A stretch of DNA of 64,000 nucleotides, taken from IMG/VR virus record IMGVR_UViG_3300010048_000001, positions 1-64,000 of that record; one strand, given 5' to 3'. This DNA is from a virus. Positions 27,225 to 37,096 of this stretch are shown piece after piece. The position numbers were made by a program, and so were the translations under genes. The notes under the pieces were generated by a model. That model was not told the DNA's origin and did no database searches. It saw nothing but the letters and a program-made list of their open reading frames with translations. The stretch's first letter is position 1. Each line of letters begins with the position of its first letter.

Positions 27225-30200
27225 CAGGTGCTCCCGATGTTCATGTAGAGGCGGAAATTGCTGGCTGTGGTGCTTAATGCCGTGGCGGTGAAAGCTGTCG
27301 GCACGATGCTGGTGGTGCTCGTACTCAGCATGCCCACCGCATCAAAGAAATTACTCCCGGCTGCACCAAACGGACCGACCGCCGCATTAAGATGAGTGTT
27401 TCCGGCGAACGAGCACGACCAAGAAAGAGCACTGGCTCCGGCGCTGCCGGTCGTCCCCTGAATGCCCAGAGCATAGACGCCAGGAGGCAAAGTGCCGGAG
27501 AACGGCAAGCGAATCGCCCGCCATGAGCTGAAGTTGCTCGTCGCGGCGTTCGCCGTCGTCGTATTCGAAGTCACCGACAAGTTCGTTGACAGCGTCCCGG
27601 TTGTGCTCGAGTGCGGATAGGAAAGGCTTAGGCCGTTCGTTTGCGAGCTCCCGGACTGGCTCAGCGTCTGCGATGCACTCCACGTCAAAATTGTCGAAGA
27701 AAGCGACGCATATTGCTCAGCGGCATTCTGCGAATAGAGCGCCACCGACAACATCGATGCCATCGAGGCGCTCGCCGATTGACTCTTGGAGCTAGTAGCC
27801 GAAGTCATCGCAGAGAGGGTGAACGTGCCGAGCAGCTGCATCTGGTCAAATGCCACGGGCCGCTGCAACGTAAACGGCGCCATGAACATCGTCGCCCCGC
27901 TCGGGATCGACGTTGATGCGCTGGCAAGAAGCGGCACCGGCTCAAAATTGGAAATCGGCGTCTCGTAGATCGAGATCGTGCTGGCGTTAGTCGACAGAGA
28001 AATACCGGAGGTACCGATAAGCGACGACGTAGCCGGAACGGCAAAGACCAGGCTGCTGGCGGATATGCCGGCGCTCATAGCACCCGAGGCGCTGACAGAC
28101 AGCGTGCCCCCGATCGCCGCTGAAGTCGTTGTCCCGGCCTGAGTGTTGCCGGCCGCAAACAGCGACAGGCTGGCGGCACCCGGGCTGGGGCCAGAAATTA
28201 CCAGGGCGCCCGCTCCCGCAGCGGTCGTAGAGAACCCGACGCTGATCGCCCCCGCGCCTGAAATCGAGATGCTCGAGAGCGTCTGCGTGGTCGAGCTTGT
28301 GGCGCCGAGCGTATTGCCGATCACGTATTCGTTCTGGACGACGCCCGAGGCGGCCGGCGTGGGCGCCGAGACAATTAGAATGTTATTCGAGCTGTAACCG
28401 ACGGAGACGATGCCCGCGCCTGAGACAGTAACCGAGCGGGCATCGAAGGTCGTATTCGATGACGAGCCGGTCGTATTGCCAGCGGCAAAGCCTTCGATCG
28501 TCTGCACCGACTGGCTCGTGGTCGCGCTGAGGACAAAGGCACTCTGTCCCGCCGCCGTGGTCGAGAGCCCGACACTTATGATCCCAGCGCCCGAAAGGGT
28601 GAGCGAAGCATTCGTTGCGGATGACGTCGCGGCCGTTGTGTTGCCCAACGCGAACATGCTCAGCGTTGCGGCACCAGGCGCAGGACCGGAGATTACCCAG
28701 GCACCGGCCCCAGCGGCAGTCGTTGAGAAGCCAACGCTAATCGCTCCGGCACCGGACATCGAGACACTAGACAGCGTCTGCGTCGTCGAGCTTGTGGCAC
28801 CGGTTGTGTTCCCGATCGCAAACTCGTTTTGCACCACACCGGATGCGGCCGGCGTGGGCGCTGAAACGATCAGAATGTTGTTCGATGAATATCCGACAGA
28901 GACGATCCCCGCCCCAGATACAGTTACGGAACGGGCATCGAAGGTCGTGCTGCTCGAAGAGCCGGTAGTGTTGCCTGCCGCAACACCGCCGATCGTCTGA
29001 ACGCTCTGGCTCGTCGTTGCCGAGATGATCTGGTAGGAGATCGTGCTCGTCGTGCCGGCCGCCGTAGAGGTGCTCGCTGTCGAGAAACCGACCGAGACAA
29101 TCCCGGCCCCGGACACTTCGTTTGTCGAGAGCACCGATGGCGGGAATGGATAGGAAGAAATAGAAGAGGTTTGCCCGGTGGTATTGCCCACCGCATAGGC
29201 GCCGGCCGTCAGTGGCGCCGAAACGAGTGTATAAGTTGTGCTGCTGGTCGTACCAGCTGCAGTCGAAGACGTCGCTGTCGAATACCCGACACTGACAATC
29301 CCCACCCCGGAAATCTGGCGAACACCCAATGGCTGGGCGAACGGATAATCCGAGATGCTCGATGAAACCGTCGTGTTTCCGGTTGCCGATTGGCCGGCAG
29401 AAATCGGGGCCGAAATCACAAAGGCGCTCTGCCCGGCCGCCGTCGTCGACAGGCCGGCGCTGATAAGACCAGCTCCGGACACCGTTATGGAGCCGAGGTT
29501 CGTTCCCGAGGTCGTGGCCGCAGTGGTGTTGCCCGACGCAAAGAGGCTGAGAGAAGCGGCCCCAGGGGACGGAGCCGAAATGATCAGAATATTATTCGAC
29601 GAATAGCCGACACTGGCAGCCCCGGCCCCCGATACGGTAACCGACCTGGCGTCGAACGTAGTATTTGACGAAGAGCCAGTCGTGTTCCCAACCGCGAACC
29701 CCTCGATCGTCTGCACCGATTGATTCGAAGACGCCGAAATCACCAACGCGCCCGCACCAGCCGCGGTAGTCGAGAAACCGACAGAAACGATGCCGGCCCC
29801 ACTGATGGAGACGCTCGACAGAGTCTGCGTCGTCGAGGACGTCGCCGCTGTCGTATTCCCGATGACATATTCGTTCTGGACGACACCACTCGCCGCAGTC
29901 GTGGCGCCGGAGATCACCACAACGCCTTGGCCAGCCGCGGTGGTGGAGTATCCCACCGAAACGCCACCCGCACCGGACAGCGACAAACTGCCAAGCGTCT
30001 GAACGGTCGATGAGGTCGCTCCCGTCGTATTCCCGAGAGCAAACTCACTATTAGCCGTTCCAGAGGCTGCGGTGGTCGCTCCCGAGATGATCAGCACGCC
30101 GGAATTGGCAGCAGTTGCGAAACCGACGCTGACCCCACCGGCCCCTGAAACCGATAAACTTCCAAGCGTGGCTACGGCAGATGAGGACGCTGAGGTCGTA

Positions 30201-33200
30201 TTGCCAAGCGCGCGAATGTTGTCTGCCGTGCCGCTCGCAACCGGCGGAGCGACCGAGAGCATCAAGACACCAGAGTTCGCTGCCGTCGAGAAGCCGGCCG
30301 AAATGCCCCCGGTTGCCGAGACCGAGAGGCTAGCGAGTGTCGCTACCGCAGAGGACGATTGACCGAAAGTATTGCCCTGGGCACGAATACTGTCCGCGGT
30401 CCCGGATGCAGCAGTCGTCGCGCCTGAAATTATGAGCGCGCCAGCGCCGGCCGCGGTAGTCGAGAAACCGACAGAGACGCCGCCAGCGCCAGATACTGAG
30501 ATGCTCGATATCGTCTGCGTCGTCGAAGACGAGACCGTGGTGTTGCCGATCGCGTACTCGCTCTGGACAGTGGCGCCGCCGCCAGCTGCCCCTGAAACGA
30601 TCAGCACGCCCTGCCCCGCGGCCGTGGTCGACAGACCTACCGAAGCACCGCCGGCACCCGAAATCGAAAGTGCCGTCAGCGTCAACACAGACGAGGAAGT
30701 CGCCCCCGTGGTGTTGCCGAGCGCCACCAGGTTTTCGGCGGTCCCAGAAGCTGAGGTCGTAGCGCCGGAAATCACCCAGGCGCCGGCGCCGGCCGCGGTG
30801 GTCGAAAATCCTACGGAAACCCCGCCGGCCCCTGAAATCGACACGCTCGACAATGTCTGGGTCGTCGAGCTCGTCGCAGCCGTAGTGTTGCCGATCGCGT
30901 ATTCGTTCTGAGCGGTTGCCGCGCCCGCAGTATCGATAATCGTAATCGTCGAACCGGCCGTCGATAGCGAGATCCCGGCCCCAGCAACCAATGAAGACGT
31001 CGCTGGCGACGAGACAACGAATGCGCTTTGCCCGACAGCGGTCGTCGAAAGCCCAACGCTGATGGCTCCGGCACCTGACAGAGTAAGCGAGGAATTCGTC
31101 GCCGAGCTGGTTGCCGCCGTCGTGTTGCCCGAAGCAAATAAGCTCAGAGGGCCGCCCCCGCCGCCGCTCCCTGAGATGATGATCGAACTGTTCGATAGAC
31201 CGACGGAGACATTCCCCGCGCCGCTGAATGCCCAGCTGCCCGACTGGATTTCCGAAGTCGTGGTTCCGACCGTCTGGAGGCCTGCCGCATAGACACTGTC
31301 GGCCTCGTACAGCGTAACAGTACTGCCCACCTGAGATACGGCAATCCCGGATGCGGCCGTAACGACGGAACTCGCCGGCGCCGAGATGATTAAGGCACTT
31401 TGTCCGGCCGCAGTCGTCGAAAGCCCGACGCTTACCGCCCCGGCACCAGATACAGTAAGCGAGCCGGCATTTGTAGCTGAGCTGGTTGCCGCCGTCGTGT
31501 TGCCCGAAGCAAACACGCTCAGCGTCGCAGCTCCGGGCGATGGCCCCGAAACGATCACCACCCCCTGCCCCGCCGCGGTGGTTGACAGACCCACCGATAC
31601 GGCGCCGGCGCCAGAGACGGAGAGCGCCGTTAGTGTCAGGACCGAAGAGGAAGTGGCTCCCGTGGTGTTCCCAAGAGCCACTAGGTTCTCGGCGGTACCG
31701 GAAGCTGCGGTCGTAGCCCCCGAGATGATCAGCACGCCGTGACCGGCGGCTGTGGTGGAATACCCGACGGAAGCACCACCCGCCCCGGAAACGGACAGGC
31801 TTCCGAGGGTGGCCACCGTTGACGACGTGGCGCCCGTCGTATTCCCAAGCGCGAATTCAGAATTCGCCGTACCGGAGGCGGCCGGCGTGGGCGCTGAAAC
31901 GATGAGGACAGAGGATCCGGCAGCAGTGGTCGAAACCCCGACTGAGACAATCCCCCCACCGGAAATCGACAACGCGCTGACAGCCGATTCGGATGTCGTC
32001 GTGCCGGTCGTATTGCCGATCGCAAAGAAACTCGATGTTCCGGCCGCGGCGCTTCCCGTAGCACCGGAAATTATGATGCTGCTGTTGGAAATCCCGACCG
32101 AGACCCCGCCAGCACCACTAAATGCCCAACTGCCGGACTCGATCGCAGAGGTGGTCGAATTCGTCGTATTGCCAACGGCATAGACACTGGCATCCTCGTA
32201 GAGCGTCACGCTCCCCGCAGCCGTTGAGACCGCAACACCAGAAGCTGCCGTCACGACCGAAGATGCCGGCGCGGAGACGATCACAACCCCGGCGCCAGCC
32301 GCCGTTGTCGACATGCCGACGCTGACAGCGCCGGCGCCCGAGAGCGACCAGTTCGTCAGCGTCAATATGGATGACGACGTAGCCCCAGTCGTGTTCCCGA
32401 GCGCGAAGACATTCTCAGACGTAGCGCTAGCGCCGCCCCCAGCTGCAGCGGAAATGACGACGCTGCCAAGGCTGTACCCGACGGACGCCGCCCCCGCGCC
32501 AAAGAAACTCAACGATCCGCCGGTCTGGGCGGTCGACGATGACTGAGCCGTTGTGTTGCCGTCCGCATAGAGATTCTGTGTCGCCTCTATGGAAATGGTG
32601 CTGCCGGCGCTCGCGAGTGAAATGCCACTGGCCCCGACTAGAGACGAGACGTCAGGCGCAGAGACAATCAGCGTCGTGTTGCTGAACCCGAGGCTTATGG
32701 CGCCGGTACCCGATAGGGTAAGGGAATTCGATGTCGACTGTGAGCTTGTGGTCCCCGTCGTGTTGCCAACGGCGAAAAACGCCGACGAGGTCCCAGCGTG
32801 CGGAGAGGCAGAGATTGTGATCGAGTTCGACGAAGCGCTCAGCGTAATGTTGTCGCCGCCGACCAGATTCATATCGGCGCTCGGCCCCGAGCTCGTCCCG
32901 GCAGTATTGCCGCTAATGGTGTAGGCCAGGTCTTCGGCTAGGACTGTGATCCAGACTTGGGCCAGAGCCGAGGCATTTATCGCGGCATTGCCGTTGGAGG
33001 AGAAAAGCGGACCGCGGGTAATGCTCCATAGGCCAGCAGAGAGCGTTGCGGTCCCGCGCCCTACCTCGAATGCAATCTGATTCCCGGACGAGTCGAAATC
33101 CGCCAGGGTATAGGAAATAACGTTCCCGCTCAGAACACCGGCGGCGCCGAATGTCTGATAACCCGGGACCGCGGCAGAAGCCGTTATAACGCCGGTGCCC

Positions 33201-33247
33201 GGGGCTGCAGACACCAGCATCCGGGCCATATCGAATAATCCGGCCAT
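27224..33247 (-). CDS. giant Ser/Thr/Ala/Gly repeat fibre protein (2007 aa)
   Basis: Phage structural N-terminal domain (GTGVIT...AVPGYQTF...FEVGRGT...SSNGNAAIN); about 27 repeats of ~50-55 aa, A.GNTT...L(S/T)(V/I)SGAG.(V/I)SVG.ST; directly downstream of portal. Confidence 0.85.
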   Translation of the reverse strand: MAGLFDMARMLVSAAPGTGVITASAAVPGYQTFGAAGVLSGNVISYTLADFDSSGNQIAFEVGRGTATLSAGLWSITRGPLFSSNGNAAINASALAQVWITVLAEDLAYTISGNTAGTSSGPSADMNLVGGDNITLSASSNSITISASPHAGTSSAFFAVGNTTGTTSSQSTSNSLTLSGTGAISLGFSNTTLIVSAPDVSSLVGASGISLASAGSTISIEATQNLYADGNTTAQSSSTAQTGGSLSFFGAGAASVGYSLGSVVISAAAGGGASATSENVFALGNTTGATSSSILTLTNWSLSGAGAVSVGMSTTAAGAGVVIVSAPASSVVTAASGVAVSTAAGSVTLYEDASVYAVGNTTNSTTSAIESGSWAFSGAGGVSVGISNSSIIISGATGSAAAGTSSFFAIGNTTGTTTSESAVSALSISGGGIVSVGVSTTAAGSSVLIVSAPTPAASGTANSEFALGNTTGATSSTVATLGSLSVSGAGGASVGYSTTAAGHGVLIISGATTAASGTAENLVALGNTTGATSSSVLTLTALSVSGAGAVSVGLSTTAAGQGVVIVSGPSPGAATLSVFASGNTTAATSSATNAGSLTVSGAGAVSVGLSTTAAGQSALIISAPASSVVTAASGIAVSQVGSTVTLYEADSVYAAGLQTVGTTTSEIQSGSWAFSGAGNVSVGLSNSSIIISGSGGGGGPLSLFASGNTTAATSSATNSSLTLSGAGAISVGLSTTAVGQSAFVVSSPATSSLVAGAGISLSTAGSTITIIDTAGAATAQNEYAIGNTTAATSSTTQTLSSVSISGAGGVSVGFSTTAAGAGAWVISGATTSASGTAENLVALGNTTGATSSSVLTLTALSISGAGGASVGLSTTAAGQGVLIVSGAAGGGATVQSEYAIGNTTVSSSTTQTISSISVSGAGGVSVGFSTTAAGAGALIISGATTAASGTADSIRAQGNTFGQSSSAVATLASLSVSATGGISAGFSTAANSGVLMLSVAPPVASGTADNIRALGNTTSASSSAVATLGSLSVSGAGGVSVGFATAANSGVLIISGATTAASGTANSEFALGNTTGATSSTVQTLGSLSLSGAGGVSVGYSTTAAGQGVVVISGATTAASGVVQNEYVIGNTTAATSSTTQTLSSVSISGAGIVSVGFSTTAAGAGALVISASSNQSVQTIEGFAVGNTTGSSSNTTFDARSVTVSGAGAASVGYSSNNILIISAPSPGAASLSLFASGNTTAATTSGTNLGSITVSGAGLISAGLSTTAAGQSAFVISAPISAGQSATGNTTVSSSISDYPFAQPLGVRQISGVGIVSVGYSTATSSTAAGTTSSTTYTLVSAPLTAGAYAVGNTTGQTSSISSYPFPPSVLSTNEVSGAGIVSVGFSTASTSTAAGTTSTISYQIISATTSQSVQTIGGVAAGNTTGSSSSTTFDARSVTVSGAGIVSVGYSSNNILIVSAPTPAASGVVQNEFAIGNTTGATSSTTQTLSSVSMSGAGAISVGFSTTAAGAGAWVISGPAPGAATLSMFALGNTTAATSSATNASLTLSGAGIISVGLSTTAAGQSAFVLSATTSQSVQTIEGFAAGNTTGSSSNTTFDARSVTVSGAGIVSVGYSSNNILIVSAPTPAASGVVQNEYVIGNTLGATSSTTQTLSSISISGAGAISVGFSTTAAGAGALVISGPSPGAASLSLFAAGNTQAGTTTSAAIGGTLSVSASGAMSAGISASSLVFAVPATSSLIGTSGISLSTNASTISIYETPISNFEPVPLLASASTSIPSGATMFMAPFTLQRPVAFDQMQLLGTFTLSAMTSATSSKSQSASASMASMLSVALYSQNAAEQYASLSSTILTWSASQTLSQSGSSQTNGLSLSYPHSSTTGTLSTNLSVTSNTTTANAATSNFSSWRAIRLPFSGTLPPGVYALGIQGTTGSAGASALSWSCSFAGNTHLNAAVGPFGAAGSNFFDAVGMLSTSTTSIVPTAFTATALSTTASNFRLYMNIGST

Positions 33248-33250
33248 TGA

Positions 33251-35722
33251 CTACCCCTCCGGAGGTTGTTGCTCCGGCGGCGCCCCCAGGGGCTCCGGTG
33301 GCTTGGCGGCCTGCTCAACGTGCGGCCGGATAAAGGTGTCTCGTTGATGCTGCAGGTCCTGCGCCTGCACCTTCTCACGTTCCGTCTCGAGCCGAGTGTT
33401 GGCCACGCGCTCACGGCTGGCCCGATCGGCAGCCCGATCCGCGCTTTCCGTGACGGCTATCTGGCCCTGTACCTGGCGGTCGCGATCCTGGGCCGCAGTA
33501 TCCATCGCGGCCTCTTTCATCCGCGCGTCGTGCTCGGCCATCGTCTGCTGCAGCTTCATTCCCATCTCTTGCAGCCGCGCCTCATGCTCCTGCTGCGCCT
33601 GCTGAGCCTTCTGCTGGATCGCCGCCATTCGCGCCGGATCAGGCGCGCCGTCCTGCTTTCCGCCGGCGGCTTGGGCCTGAGCTGCCTGCGCCGCAGCGTA
33701 CTGTTCTTCTGTGACGATTAGGGTATCGGGGTCCGAGATACCGAGCACGATCGCGACTTGTCGAATCAGGGTGCGCAGATTGAAGAGAATCGGCTGTTGG
33801 ATCGCGAGCTGCACCAGCGCGTACCATTTCATCAGCCGGTGCATGTGCGAGGGTGTGTTGGGATCGGCTGCAGGAACAATCTCGCAGTCTTCAAGCGCCC
33901 GCAGGAAGACTGCCTCTTCCCAGTCGTAGCCTTTCTTGTTCCAGCGCCAGAAGCTCTCCGGATTGGCCTTGTAGCGCTCCTTCAGAAGCTCGAGCTCTTC
34001 GGCCTGGCTCGCATGCAATCCGATATGTGCTGCAGCCAGAACCTTGGTCGCCTGTTCGATGAGTGCCAGCGTTGTCCCTACTGGCGCATCCTGATGTCCT
34101 TCCCCGACGGGCAACTCTGCCGTGCCGGCGACACGATCCATCCGTTGCTCGATATGCTGGATCAGCGCGACAAAGCCCGCTGTCACATCCTTATAGGGGA
34201 GGAATTCGATGACGTTTTTCAGCGGCACCGTAGGTGGCAAGCCCTTAACGGGCAGGCTGCCGCCTGGCGGGATGCGGTTCTGATTTGTCCAGTTGCGGAT
34301 CGCCGCTTCGTTATGGATGGTGCCGGGGAAATTAGCGTACATCCCGGCATCAAGGGCCTCGCGCCAGGCTGCCGTCAGGGCCTGATCCCCATTGCCGATA
34401 AGGTGCAGCAGCCCAAGATCATAAAACCCCATTGCGGGGACAAAGCCGTACTTCACGAATACTCGGCGCGCCCGGAAGGTATCGTCGTCCTGTTCCCAGT
34501 TCCGACGCAGCTCGAGCATCTCGCGCGAGTCCTTGTCGATCGTCACCTTCCAGGGCAATTCGAGACCAGTGACCCGATCTTCTCCCGAACGAGGATCCTT
34601 GCGTCTGTGCTCATAGCCAGCGACGTCGAGTTCGACATAGGACTCGTACATCGTGCGGTCCTGGTCCTCGATGCGCTGCGGCCTCGCCTCTAGGCCTTGT
34701 GCACGGGCAACAGCCTCTTCCTGCGCATTCGGCTCCGACTGGGGATCATGCAGATCGACGTCGCGGTAGACGCCGAGGATCTGCATCCGCTTGACGAGCG
34801 ACTGCCGCATCTTGATGCGATGCGTCAGACGGCCGGCGTCGCCAATCTCCGACGCGGCATTGGACACGATCACATCGGAAGCATCGACAAACCGCGAAAC
34901 CGGGCGGTCGCGAATCGGGCAATCGTAGACCTTAACGAAGCCGCAGCCGCCGAAGGCGACCCAGAAGAGCATCTTGACCTTATCGGGCCGGTAGCCCCGA
35001 TCACCCACCGTTAGGTTGTGATTGAAGCCCCGCTCAAGGGCCTCGGCGATCTCCTCGCGCGAAGCCTGTTCCACGGCCTGCGCATCTTCTGCAGGACCAC
35101 CAAGACCAAGTATTTGTTCCTCGAGGGCTGGGCCACCGTTATGCCCGATGCCCGGAGGCGGAGCGACGCCGGCCGGCTTAACAGGCCGATCATCCCGAAC
35201 CTTGACGGGGCCGCTCGGGGGATAGAGCTCGCCGGCCGCGTTTGCCTGGAAGCGTGTAATGGCCTCGAGCAATAAGGGATGCCGGATCGTCGACATTCCC
35301 TCGAATGGCCCGGTGGAATTGCCGACATCGCCCTTCGGCTTTTCGAGCGACGTGCCGAGCATCTTGATGCCTTCGGCGCGCATCTCCAGCCATTCCTGGC
35401 GAGATTCGTCATCAGCGGCGACGCCGCGTAATACCTCTTCCACGATCCGGTTGCGGACATCGTCGTCGATCTTGTCCGCTAGGTTCGCGAACCAGTCGTC
35501 ATCGTCCTCATCAGCTTCCTCAGGCGGAGGCCGGAGGTTGATGACCACGCCGCCGTCCGGCGTATCGATGGAAACGGTGCCGTCGGGATTGATGCGCGGC
35601 TCACCCATGCCGGGCTCGTCGCTGACGACGACGATCTTTTCCGCGTCATCCTCACCGAGGAGGTCGGGTTCCGGAGGATCGGCGAGGCGTGTAAAGCCGC
35701 GAGCGAGACGCCCTTCGGACAT
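33251..35722 (-). CDS. portal protein
   Basis: 823 aa; DDESRQEW, HPLLLEAITRFQANAAGELYPPSGPVK, GCGFVKVY, GFYDLGLLHLIG, APVGTTLALIEQ; Gln-rich coiled-coil C-terminus; downstream of terL. Confidence 0.85.
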   Translation of the reverse strand: MSEGRLARGFTRLADPPEPDLLGEDDAEKIVVVSDEPGMGEPRINPDGTVSIDTPDGGVVINLRPPPEEADEDDDDWFANLADKIDDDVRNRIVEEVLRGVAADDESRQEWLEMRAEGIKMLGTSLEKPKGDVGNSTGPFEGMSTIRHPLLLEAITRFQANAAGELYPPSGPVKVRDDRPVKPAGVAPPPGIGHNGGPALEEQILGLGGPAEDAQAVEQASREEIAEALERGFNHNLTVGDRGYRPDKVKMLFWVAFGGCGFVKVYDCPIRDRPVSRFVDASDVIVSNAASEIGDAGRLTHRIKMRQSLVKRMQILGVYRDVDLHDPQSEPNAQEEAVARAQGLEARPQRIEDQDRTMYESYVELDVAGYEHRRKDPRSGEDRVTGLELPWKVTIDKDSREMLELRRNWEQDDDTFRARRVFVKYGFVPAMGFYDLGLLHLIGNGDQALTAAWREALDAGMYANFPGTIHNEAAIRNWTNQNRIPPGGSLPVKGLPPTVPLKNVIEFLPYKDVTAGFVALIQHIEQRMDRVAGTAELPVGEGHQDAPVGTTLALIEQATKVLAAAHIGLHASQAEELELLKERYKANPESFWRWNKKGYDWEEAVFLRALEDCEIVPAADPNTPSHMHRLMKWYALVQLAIQQPILFNLRTLIRQVAIVLGISDPDTLIVTEEQYAAAQAAQAQAAGGKQDGAPDPARMAAIQQKAQQAQQEHEARLQEMGMKLQQTMAEHDARMKEAAMDTAAQDRDRQVQGQIAVTESADRAADRASRERVANTRLETEREKVQAQDLQHQRDTFIRPHVEQAAKPPEPLGAPPEQQPPEG

Positions 35723-35732
35723 TCAAACTTAT

Positions 35733-35830
35733 TCCGCGCCGCGAATCGCCTCGTGGAGACGCGGAACAGGGCGGCCCGTCAGCTCAGGACAAGCACCTCA
35801 ATCATACCGGGAACAATCAAATTACGCTAG
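35733..35830 (-). promoter_or_regulatory. late-type promoter plus two-hairpin leader, copy 2
   Basis: CTAGCGTAAT-N14-TATGAT, GCTTGTC-CTGAGCT-GACGGGC, TCCGCGT...CCACGAGG...GCGCGGA, ending 10 nt before the portal ATG. Confidence 0.75.
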
Positions 35831-36158
35831 CCTATCTCTGAATGGGAGCCCTGGACAATCGGCCGCGGAGCAAGATTCGTTATTTGTGTTTTATGTCTAC
35901 AAGCAGGTACCTGACAGGATGTGACGCCGAAGTCCCCCCCGGCCAATCCACATTGGCATAATAAGTCAGTCGTTTTGAGCGCATGCTCCTTAAATGCTTC
36001 TAGCTCTCGAATAAAAGGTTCTTGCGCCACCGCAAAGGCAGCGTACAGCAGCCGATCGAGATCAACCTCAAACTCAGGCCGACGATAGTCCTTTAGCTGG
36101 GACGCCCAACGCTGCATAAACGCGTTGCGCAGCAGAGCAAGACTATCACTCTTTGCTG

Positions 36159-36917
36159 TCACCGCCGCCGGCCCCCGAAAACCGAAGCCAGTTCCTCTTG
36201 CGAGGGCGTATGCCCCCAAGAGGGCAGCCACATGCGGTTGCTCACAAACAGCCGCAGGCGCTCAAGACGCGTCTGCTCCGGATCCGGCTCCTGGAAGATC
36301 GCCTGCTCTTCTTCCTGCTCGAACTCAGCAAGCTCCTCCCGAAGCTCGGCATCAAAGGCGCTGCCGTCAATCCGCTCCGCAAGCGCCTCATCCCCGACTG
36401 TTACGGCAACCGTCGTGTCCTGCTCATCTCCCGCACGTATATCGGCCCGCGTCTCCGACTGCGGCGGCATCTTACGCGGACGGCCCGGCCCACGGCGAGG
36501 CGGCTGCAGTGTCTGCTCGATAGCGACACGCCGTGGATCATCAGGTGGTAACACTGGAAATTCCTCGAAGAATTGCTGGCCAAGAGGAGTCACCGGTCTA
36601 ATGGTCGCGACTGCGCCGCTCGGCAGCATCTGCTCGACCGGAATCTGGCCAGTCGGGAAGCGGCTCTGGATAGCGATCTTCTCCTCGTAGCTAGCCTCCG
36701 GCGGCGGCTCGAGCCCAAGGCGCTGGCCCTTATGTTCGGGACAACGTTTGCCGGTGGGGAGATAGCCGCTCGCCTGCTCGACAAAAAACGGCGCCGCGCA
36801 TGCCTCGCACTTTGAGCGCCAGACAGTCACCCCACCGTCACGGAGCTCAACTATCTCGTATCGTCTGCCTTCAAGATGAACCTCCGTCCCGAGAGGGCCG
36901 AAAACCAGTGTGGCCAT
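36159..36917 (-). CDS. hypothetical protein (Zn-ribbon-like, AT-hook-like motif)
   Basis: RBS GGAGG; CEAC...CPEH; RRGPGRPRK. Confidence 0.6.
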   Translation of the reverse strand: MATLVFGPLGTEVHLEGRRYEIVELRDGGVTVWRSKCEACAAPFFVEQASGYLPTGKRCPEHKGQRLGLEPPPEASYEEKIAIQSRFPTGQIPVEQMLPSGAVATIRPVTPLGQQFFEEFPVLPPDDPRRVAIEQTLQPPRRGPGRPRKMPPQSETRADIRAGDEQDTTVAVTVGDEALAERIDGSAFDAELREELAEFEQEEEQAIFQEPDPEQTRLERLRLFVSNRMWLPSWGHTPSQEELASVFGGRRR

Positions 36918-37096
36918 CTAACCTCCAGCGAGCAGAAGACAAAGGGCCGCGGTTTCTAGGAAATCGTCCATTGATCTAGGACGCGGCCACTAGTGTTATC
37001 ATGGACTTAATGTACCTTATGTGGTACTAAACGGGCACCGCGGTCGTTGACGCGATCGCGGCGCCCTAACCCTCGCACTCTTGGTAGGAGAGCCCG

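Noticed and set aside
27386-32924. Many plus-strand ORFs opposite the 2007-aa gene, and similar antisense ORFs across the window
   Set aside because: Shadow frames of GC-rich repetitive coding sequence; no RBS or recognisable motifs.
27224-33247. CRISPR array or diversity-generating retroelement repeats
   Set aside because: Repeats are in-frame protein repeats with synonymous divergence; no identical repeat-spacer pattern, reverse transcriptase or adenine-specific template/variable pair was seen.
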